Positions 54,455-64,000 of a stretch of DNA of 64,000 bases are shown piece after piece. A program made the position numbers and the translations under genes. The stretch is from Catajapyx aquilonaris (lineage: Eukaryota): positions 1 to 64,000 of the forward strand of contig JYFJ02000159.1 of assembly GCA_000934665.2 (NCBI GenBank), in the 5' to 3' direction. Every line of letters starts with the position of its first letter. Positions within the stretch are counted from its first letter, which is position 1. The notes under the pieces were generated by a model, which was not told the DNA's origin, made no database searches, and saw only the letters and a list, made by a program, of their open reading frames with translations.

Positions 54455-55106
54455 TCTTGTGATGATTGAGGCTGAAGCATTGTACCTCTTGATCTTTGAA
54501 ACAAAAAAGAACTGAAAGTTTTTACCTCCAGCATTCTGGGATTTACTACCACTTCTGATCTCATATTTAGATGATTTATGACGAGATAAGTTTCTCCGCT
54601 CTCTCCAACGTTTTAACAGGCAGTTAAGAGCTTATACTGTTTAATTTGTTCTATTAGCATTTACTCTGCAGCTCTCAAGTAGCAGTAAATTTTAAACAGT
54701 TTTCACTTTATATTGATAAGCTGTATACTCTATATGTAGCAAATTTTTTATGTGCAGTCAATACGATGTGGCATTGTATTGTAAAGGCTGATTTACACGC
54801 CCATATTATCCTTTGTTGCTGGAAACATTGGCCTATGTCATCAACAAAGAAAAGGAACGTTGATTTGCTTGTAGCCTAGAGGCAGCTGCTCCTCGTGTAA
54901 ATAGGTTTTATTTGTAAGACCATGTTTGCCACCCCAACAAATAACGAAAGACTATAGGATGTCGCAGAGTAAACCCATTAATAACACACGAGACCTGCTT
55001 AGATTCTTATTGCATCCGCCCTTGTATCTACAATCGGCCCTTTAGACTGAATGCAAAAGAACGCTTGGAAACTTTTAATCAGCTTCGTTGCATAATCAGT
55101 GAGCAA

Positions 55107-58100
55107 CTACAAGTTCATCCTCCTCTCCATTTCAAAACCCTCGTGGCTGCTATGGTCATCGGCATGGTCGCCGTGCTCATGCCGCCTTCTGACGGACTTG
55201 ACCTTCTTGACAAAATTCTTTATCGACAGCAAGCGAGTCACGTGCGCAGACAGGAACGGAGGAAGGAACGGAATGTACTGGGCTAACGGGATGCGGTATA
55301 TGAGCCCGGTGATCAGTGGTATGTCGTATATCTTGTACTCTGGATTTCTCTTCTCCTTCTCTGACTTCGGCTTCTTCCATGCTATACCCTCATCCTCCAT
55401 ATCAAACTTGGCTTCTTCGCCTTCCACCTCCAAGATCGCATCTTCTGAAAACAACTTCCGCCAGTGTGTGACACCCCGATCATCCCTGCTGCCTGCAAGT
55501 CAACGTAGTAATTCAGCAATATTTCAGCATGGAAATCCCAGATGGTTAGCTGAATACACGTACCGGGCACGATCATGTCGAGTATGTACCCTGTGAAACC
55601 TCCCACGAACATGCTGTTGCTGAAGACACCGGTAAGGAACTGATCATAAGTAGAGTGACCCGTGAAGGTCAGATACGCCGCTCCCGTCGACTTCTTCAGC
55701 GTGTGGTACGTCCACTCAGGCATCATCTGCAATGTAGTAGTTACCCATCAAAGTATATACACCCGGTTCGTCTTTTTAGTTGCACGTATGTTACTTACGA
55801 GACCGAGGTAGGAGGAGATTCCCAGGACAAATACGTTCCTTGGTGAGGCCAAGTTGACATGAGCGCTGTCTCCGACCCCCAGCGAGGTGAGAATCCCAAA
55901 GTAAATGCACATGATCCCTCCGAGAACGGGTGTCGGAATGGAGAGGATGAAGGCGGACAACTTCCCGGAGAAGCTGAAGGCGATGAGGACCATGGCCGAG
56001 AGGAAGGTGACCATCCTGCTGGCCACCTTGGTGGCCGCCACCGAGGCCACATTCTCCGAGACCGAGGACATCCCTCCGCCGGTACCCACGTACCCTGACA
56101 CTATGTTGCCCAGCCCTTCGACGATATAGCCCCTGTTTAAGGCGTGCTGAGGAGGCTGAGGGACCCCGCACAGTCCGGAGACTGTCACGTAGTCCGAGAC
56201 AGAGTTGAGGCTTCCGACAAGTACGGCCGGCAGCATGACCATCGTGTGGGTCGTTTGGAACTCGGGATTTTGCCAGGGTTCGGGCCAAGGGTATCTGAAC
56301 CACGGGGCCTGCGCCACCATCTCCTGGGCCTCTGCGCTAATGCTCAAGTTCCATATAGCGCACGCTCCCCATGTCACCAGGAGAGTGAAGGCAATCTGCA
56401 TGGTCATCCAAATAGGGAGGGAAAGGGGAGGAGGAAGGGGAGAGGGAAATGAAATTTTAGAACTTATTCATATGCCATATAAATGCAGTGCTGACCCATT
56501 GAACTTGGAACGCCACACACTTCCTGCCCACAAACTAGCAAATGACAAATAATATTGACTGACTACAGTTCTGATTAGCCCTGAATATATACAAAGACTC
56601 AACAACATACCGAGAATGTCTGAAAGATGGGCAAGTGGGTGATGGTAATTCCGTGCTTAGTAGTGGACCTCAGAGGGATAGTAATTCTGCGCAGATATTG
56701 CGAGAAAATGGTCATCGCCGCAATTGTCCTGTAATACAAATGGTTATTCAAAGTGACAATATTATTGAAGGTGGCCTGTATAGTATGCGTACATGCCCTT
56801 CACATTTTTGCAGAGTTTTGAAACGCTGAATGATCAGTCAAATGCATGATTTTGGGACATGAGGGCTTGAAGATTGCATTATCTTAGGGATATATCAAGA
56901 GGACTGCACTGATCGTCATAAGTATCAGGTCTCGATTTGAGAACTGCAGAGTGGGACTCACCCGCTTGCAATGAGCCAGTTAGTCTGCGAAAAGTTGACG
57001 GCATCCCGCCTGAAGGACAGCCCGACGACCAAGGTACAGGCACTGAGGGTGATTGGGGTCATGTATCTGACGAAGAGTCCCGCTGCGCCGGTCAACCCCA
57101 TGACGACCTGCACGATGGCCGAGGCGATGATGGCTCCTCGGACGGAGTTGAGCCTCTTTAAGATGGTCTGGTCCTGGTCCTTGCCGTCCTGATTGATGAA
57201 ATTGTCCCACTCGAGGCACTGCTCGTCGTTCATGGACAGCACGGCCGCTGTGGAGGACAGGTGGAAGACGCTGATTCCTTCCACTATGGGCAGCCGGATG
57301 CCCAGTAGGCCCTGGATGATGGTGAAGCAGCCGGTGGTTGCAATCATGGAGGATAGAAGCTGGGAGCGGATTGGCCTTGTCACGTGAATGCACAGGGATC
57401 GGGTCAGGATGAAGTATGCAGCCACTGCTGCACTCAGCGTGATCACGCAGACCTGGAAAGTTGCGGAGGAAGAGGGAGAAATGATCACATATTACTATAT
57501 TAGTGGTGCTTTTTATGCCAGCGGGAGTTTCGTGGTCTTCAGCTTGGCCTCGGGTGGCATTTCCGATAAACTAACCACCCAGGGGATTGAACAAACAAGG
57601 CATTACACTCGCAACCCCTCCCCCCCTCCGATAAATCCGGACCTTTGAAACACCCTGTAGCTGTAGGTATAGCGTCAAGGTCTCTCATGATCCTGACGTG
57701 TATGCAACCCCACCCGAGGGACACATATCTCTCAGGATGACACGGTTGCAAAGTGTGATCATAATACCTAATTGTGGATACGCGCTGAGAGAATCCTAAA
57801 AGACAAGTAGTAATGTGTAGAGCATGTGAGCACCTGAAATCCCAAAAGGAAGCAGAGGTACCAGGGAGGTATTTCTTCGATTCTGTACAGCAGGCTGGAC
57901 TGCTGCTTCATTGACGTCGAGGAAGTGGTGCTCATGGTCTCCGATAAATCGAGGCTTAGACTACGATTCTGCTTCCTAGGACGAAACATGGACACGGCGC
58001 CATCGGCATGCTCGCCCTGCAAAAATTGGTGGTTGTAGCCTACTAGTATATGATATCCTACACTTTGGTGCACACTTTTCTTTCACACATATCGTACCGG

Positions 58101-58145
58101 TACTGCGTCGCTATGGCCTTCCGAATGCATTTTGTGATCCGCCAT
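55107..58145 (-). CDS. SLC23/NAT family transporter paralog C (inverted)
   Basis: Exons 58145-58098 (MADHKMHSEGHSDAVP), 58016-57834, 57452-56962, 56728-56611, 56395-55799, 55726-55564, 55492-55107; motifs IPPWY, GIRLP, PWFRYP, PPQHALNRG, ENVASVAATKVASR, SPRNVFVLG, YDIP. Confidence 0.93.
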
Positions 58146-58672
58146 GATTTCCGAACGTGTTGTTTCAGCTTACTCGATCCGACACTTATGAGAGACTGAA
58201 ACGCGCTGTGGCCGAGACAGATGAGTTGTCCACCTGACAGTTCCAACTAATGTTCACCAGTCACGTCAACAATAGGAGACTCAGTTCTGCACAGTTGCCA
58301 ACTGGCAATAATAAGCCACAGTCAAGTTGTGTTTCGTTGGATGCCCTGCTGAGTCTCCCGGGCGATGTCTTTTATTACTGGTACAGTACAAAGCAGAGTA
58401 GGCTGGGGCTTGACACCTTGAATATGATTTTACAATTTTCGTAGGAACTTTTAGGATAGCGTTAATGAGAGACCCCCTACAACCTTCGCACTCACTGCAT
58501 GTAATTATGTCACTTATTGCTAATTATTAAAACCATGATATTGATGTACAGTATCTTGTTTATTATTGGTTGTCAATCAAATTGCTGCGTTACTGGCCCT
58601 GGTAAACAATCTGACATCTGCCGGTATATCGAGGTGCACAATAGCCTTTTTACCCCCAGTTAGTTGAGCAAA

Positions 58673-61600
58673 ATGCGTCGGGGAAGAGTGAGTTTTGATA
58701 GTATTGGATCCCTGGACGAACCTCCGGAGCACCCTCGAGTAAGTTGCTCATTTCTCAAATAAAGTTCTGCCCAACTATTCGTTCTCATCCACAATTTTGG
58801 CAACAGGCGAAATCGAGGCGGCTCTCGGATGCTTTGCGATTTGTTGAAGACCACGTGAGAGAAAACCCGCAAAGCTTTTTGAGGTACCAGTCAGAAGACA
58901 AGCCCTCCTGGATATTTTGTGCTGTGATAGCCTTGCAGGTGATGATGTCATAATTCGTGTTACTCTATAAGTGCTCTTACTGTACAATCATGTTCTGTTC
59001 ACCTCCCCCGCGCAGGTGGTATGGTCCCTAATAGTTCCTGTCAATCACCTTTTGACTGAGACTAGGGACTTCTTTTGCGCTCCAAGACTCTCAAATCTAT
59101 TTCTTCAAATATCATCAACTTTTTTCATCAGCGGTGTCATCACATTCCTCCAGTCTGTGTTTGGACTCAGGTTAGTTGCAATATTGGCTTGAGACGAAAT
59201 ATTATTTTCTATTGATCATGTGAGAACTAATTATGGTGATCCGGGAACCAACAGGGTTTCACTCACATATGGACCATCCTTGACTCAAACATTGCTGTTG
59301 AATAGCATAGTGCTTGACCATCTCAACGAACAACCCAGTACGTGCAACGAGATGTCTCTTCGTGATTTGGACAGTACAGAAGAAAGCTTCCTCAAACATC
59401 TTAATGCGTTCCAAGGAGCGCTCATCATTTCCGGAATCATACAGATGCTTCTAGGAATGTTCGGTGATGAATTTGGCACAATCACATTTATGCGAGAGTC
59501 AAAGAACCATGTTTTCACATGGAGAGTTGCAATATTGGCGAACTTCCTCTGGAAATTGGGTTCGTGGTAGCATTATACTCAAGCTCTGTTACAACGTTAA
59601 TAGCAAGTTAATATTGTAGCTTTGACTGACTATAGTATAAGTGAAAAAGTAAGGGCCATCCTACGACTATAGTGAAGCACAGGTGTTTGGGGAGTTGCCT
59701 GATGCACACCGCGCACGATAACCCTTACTACCAGCGTGTCTGAAAAAGCTTGCTGTAACTGATTATTATCTTCGAAATGAAGCAGACATGCCAAAATCAA
59801 TTAGGATAATATTATTAGGAATACCACAAAAAAACCAGGTTACAGAGGAAGTGGGCCAATTTAGAAACTTTCATACGTCACATTTCCAGAATTCTTATGT
59901 GAATTTTGTCAATACCTTACTGCAATATTATTCCATCCCCTCACGAATATGGTTCTTCAGAGTTGGTTATGATGAAGGGATGAAAATCTCGAGAACTTCA
60001 ATAATATAATCGTAGTGCAAAATAATTGTGAATTTCTATGTCACGATTCTTAAATCTTATGCTTGAATTACTGTGACTTTTAGAGCAAGATACACCCATT
60101 TTTTTTGCGGCACTGTGGAAGTAGCCTACGCACTACCTGCATGTGCGCTTGGAATCAAACGTAATTACAACTTTTTGTACCGACAGGTCTGATGGGAATT
60201 TTCGTGAAGTTCTTTTCGCCACTGGTGATTGGTTTATCTCTTGTGACGAGTCCAGCGTATGTGATTTCAGGCGTAGCGATGTCGATGGCCAAGAATTGGC
60301 CCATTTCCATCATGTCAGTAAACATCAAGCTTATATGTTTGAGACCATTGTGATTGACTTGTGCAGTTTAATAATAACACAAGTTATTATTATTATTGAC
60401 AATGTTTCAGGACTGTTCTTCTCCTCTGCACATTCTCCTTCATTTTGTCTGATGTGAAGATACCTACACCTACATACGATGAATTTAAAGGCTGGAAATT
60501 GAACCCAATGCACTTCTTTCAGATTTACTCGGTATGAAACGTATTTCTTTCCACCTCTGCAGATTTTGTGTTCATACCCTTGATGTGACCACCTTTCAGA
60601 TTCACATTACAACAGTAATAGTCCTGTCAGTTTGGTATGGGTTGGGCCTGACTCCGGAAACTGACACAGTCAGCGCAGAGTCAGAGGTGATCATTGAAGA
60701 AGTTGATGACACCGTGGGAGGATTATGGTTCAGAATTCCAACTCCAGGTATACTGTAGGTCACTTGTCCAAAAGAGATCTAGGTTATTCACAATGCAAGT
60801 CTTTCCGGCCACCAGGCCAGTTTGGCATCCCAGACATGAAGTTCACCATGGCGAACATATTCACCATGCTGATGATAACCATCAGCACCATGATGGATGC
60901 AATAGCTGCCTTCTACAACGCGTCCTTAGCTTCAGGGATGACCAACCCACCGATACATGCCATCAATAGAGGGATATTCGTGGGTGGATTTGGCTCGGTC
61001 ATCTGCGGGCTGTTTGGCACCCTGGGTGGGACTGTCCCTTACAAGGACACGGCCTGCTACATGTCCACCATCATGGTGGGCTGCAGGCGCATTGGGTACT
61101 GCCTCGGACTCATCCTGGCCATCATTGGACTCTCGCCCAGGCTCTCCTACCTACTGTCCAATCTGCCTGATCCTTTCCTGGGAGCCCTGGCCTGCTGCAT
61201 AATGGCAGTCATGCTTTGCCAAGGTAACCAGCCGCATGAGAGACAGACATCAACATCATACAGCCTTCGGAAAATTTTCTAACTCATTCTAAAAGTCAAA
61301 GTTTCTCAGACAAAATGTTATAAAAACTCAGGAATGGAAAAGAAATAGGTGGCTGGTGTCCTCTGGGAATTCATGCTTTCAATAATTTTTGTGCAGGAAT
61401 TGCCATCTTCCACTACATGGACTTGGGCTCTGGGCGCAATCTATTTGTGCTGGGCACATCAGTTTTTCTTGCCATGGTGAGCGTGTAAGTTCTCATGCTG
61501 GAGTGCGACTAACTGGATTTCTGCTTCAGGCTGTACCAGAGTGGACGCGGGAATACCCGAATGCAATGGATTTCTCTTTCAACTGGAAGGCACTTGATGA

Positions 61601-62186
61601 AATGGTCAAGTACATCATTAAGTCTCCCCTGAGTATGGCATTCTTGTTGTCTTTCTGGCTGGACAACACAGTCCCAGGTATGTGCCTAATTAGTCTGCAG
61701 CTCTTCACTAATAAAACATTAAATAAATTAATAATTTTACAATAAATGTCAAAATATATCCCATGTCACATTGCTGTAGTAACCTGCACAATATGTCATT
61801 CCACCTGTGCTTATTGTATATCTGTGTAACAAGCTGTGTTATCAACTCACACGAGTGATTATGTGTCTTAGGTACTGATGCAGAGAGAGGTATAACCATG
61901 TGGAAGGAAAATAATGTTGAGGGTGAAACCCTAGAAGATCTAGTGAGGTACAGCCCATATTCAATGCCCATAGGAATGAACTTCATCCTCAAGTATGATA
62001 TTGTACAATTTTAGTTGCATTTTTCTGTATTTACTGACACATGTTAATTTCTTCAGGAACTTTCGTCTGACGTCCCAGATTCCACTCTGTCCAGTGTATA
62101 ACTTCGAAAACAGCCTATTTACAATACTGCAGGCATTTTGCAGTACATTGTGTAATTCTTGCATAAAAAAACAATCTCCCAAGTAG
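58673..62186 (+). CDS. SLC23/NAT family transporter paralog D (12 exons, most divergent)
   Basis: Exons 58673-58738, 58807-58938, 59016-59170, 59255-59463, 60187-60313, 60411-60531, 60600-60747, 60816-61223, 61397-61476, 61530-61677, 61872-61992, 62057-62186; motifs TFLQSVFGLR, FQGALIISG, WFRIPTPGQFG, PPIHAINRG, RNLFVLG, LDNTVPGTDAERG, YSMP, IPLCP. Confidence 0.88.
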
Positions 62187-62396
62187 CCAAGGAGAATCTA
62201 TAACAACTTCATTACTGGCTTCAAAACTCAACATATGTCAATTACAGGTAAATTACTTTGCAACCCAATGTTATTCTCATTAACCTCTTCGTGTATGTTA
62301 GAAAATTAGACAGCAAACAGGAAGAGGCACTCTAATAATGAAGATGAAGGTTCACACCTACAAAACTGTGCACTAACCCAATCCTAAGTATGCAGA

Positions 62397-62465
62397 CAGA
62401 GCCGGCCTTAGGGGTGGGCAGTCCGGGCGACCGCCCGGAGCCCCGCGCTTCTGGGGGGCCCCGCG

Positions 62466-62502
<37 letters not shown>

Positions 62503-62828
62503 CATAAAATAAGTCAAGAGTTAATGACATTTTGAACGAGTATTTCATCAATACACACCCATTCAAATCTACTACATTCAACTAAGCTCGTATGACCTTG
62601 AACTTCAAAAAATTTCGCCTGCGGCGGGCTTGCTCCCCTCCCTCTACTGCTTATGGGCCCGCACCCTAAAATTTTCTGTCTACGCCCCTCAGTTGTACGT
62701 TATCATAGAAAGTCAGCCAACAAAATTGTTGGATACGCAATTCGTGTTGTACAGAAATTCACTCACTGAGAATAGGCCCCGCATTTAGTTCTTGCCCTAG
62801 GCCCCGCACCCACCTAGGGCCGGCCCTG
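62397..62828. mobile_element. hAT-superfamily MITE with 8-bp TSD
   Basis: TIRs CAGAGCCGGCCTTAGG / CCTAGGGCCGGCCCTG flanked by TATGCAGA at 62389-62396 and 62829-62836; internal (GA)n. Confidence 0.9.
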
Positions 62829-62903
62829 TATGCAGATATGCAGATATCATAAGTGGAGTCTACTAATTGCTTTAGTCAAAACTGTGAAATCTTCACCAAA
62901 ATA

Positions 62904-63625
62904 CAGGGTGTTTCACTAGGTAGTCCCCCCAAAGAATCGACTATTTTTTCTTCCTGCTCCACCTAGGAACATGGCGTTTGGTTTAAAAATTACCTTAGTT
63001 CATGAGAATGTAGCACCATTCACAATACATGCTGTACTTGACTTTCAACGACCTTCATACTCACTTGAACGCTTCTCGATGCGAATCTCCTTATTATCGA
63101 AGGCCCTCCACAGCAGCATATCGACATTAATAGTCAGGATTGCTGCACCAAGTGTTTTGGACCAATACAGTGGTAGATGACCACCTTAACAGGAAGATTT
63201 TTTTTAAAAGCTAATGACAGGTTGGTGGAATGACCAAAAAAGTCACTACGATTTTGTCACATAATACTGGGTACTCCACTTGTCAAAAGAGCCGCGAATG
63301 GGCATATTTGAAGAATTGTGCCTACAACAATGAGCCCCTACGTTAGAAGACTTGGAAAGCAACGTCAATGTTGCAATCTGGACCACACATATGAGGATAT
63401 GCTGAGGGGGACCTGTGATAATAATAAGTAGATTCGCATCGAGTTGCGTTAGAGTGTGTGTGTGGAGGTCATCGAAGGTCAATTACAGGCTTACAGCTTT
63501 TATTGTGAATGGTGCTACATTCCCATGAACTAAGGTAACATTTAAAGCGAACATCACATTTTTAGGTGGGGTGGTAAGAAAAATATAGGCGATTCTTTGG
63601 GGGGACTACCTAGTGACACACCCTG
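62904..63625 (-). mobile_element. Internally deleted Tc1/mariner element with ~125-bp TIRs
   Basis: TA-CAGGGTGTTTCACTAGGTAGTCCCCCCAAAGAATCG... and reverse complement at the right end; minus-strand remnant (LGAAILTINVDMLLWRAFDNKEIRIEKR) resembles a transposase C-terminus. Confidence 0.88.
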
Positions 63626-63819
63626 TACTATCCAAGATCCCTTCCCATGAAATACTAGGAGGGTACAAACAGTTCTTGTTCAACAGCCCTTAATAAATTG
63701 CATTCATTTCTGCTTAAATAAATCAGTTTCAGGACTAACTGGTAAGTAGAGCTACACTTGTGCATATTTATTGAAATTTTTAGAACACCTTTCGTTGCTG
63801 GATATAATGGTAGTCTGAG

Positions 63820-63935
63820 CCCTTCCTTATAGAGTTATGTGATTTAAAAATTCCAAAATTCTCGAACTCGAATCTTCTATAACTCGGAAGTTTTTTTCCG
63901 GTCCCATGGGGATTCAACTTATAGAAGTTTTACTG
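63820..63935. mobile_element. Partial pogo/Tigger-like MITE end
   Basis: CTATAACTCGGAAG...CCGGTCCC...TTATAGAAGTTTTACTG resembles the right end of the 6263-6437 element. Confidence 0.4.
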
Positions 63936-64000
63936 CATTTAAGTGAAACTAAATACACACCATGTATTAAAATTGTTGAAAAGGGACGTTACTGTAAGAG

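Overview
Eukaryotic (arthropod-like, probably insect) genomic DNA with short GT-AG introns. Seven protein genes can be assembled by hand: (1) a type-B carboxylesterase with an intact Ser-Glu-His triad and a C-terminal transmembrane anchor (~92-4671, +), whose N-terminus abuts a repeat/transposon end; (2) an LRRFIP1/2 homolog (9128-23025, +) with at least three alternative in-phase N-terminal exon sets and two duplicated, mutually exclusive last exons; (3) vigilin/HDLBP (35488-43187, +; 16 coding exons, one GC-AG intron) whose introns host at least three box C/D snoRNAs (two U15/snR75-like paralogs and an 18S Gm guide) plus other strongly base-paired elements; (4-7) a compact cluster of four SLC23/NAT nucleobase-ascorbate transporter paralogs (+,+,-,+) in which the canonical substrate-binding motifs are all altered. 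Many MITEs (Tc1/mariner, hAT, Harbinger-like), tRNA-derived and bipartite SINEs, a 3x53-bp tandem repeat and microsatellites are interspersed. All calls were made by eye without database searches; rRNA target numbering and family names are from memory and need confirmation.
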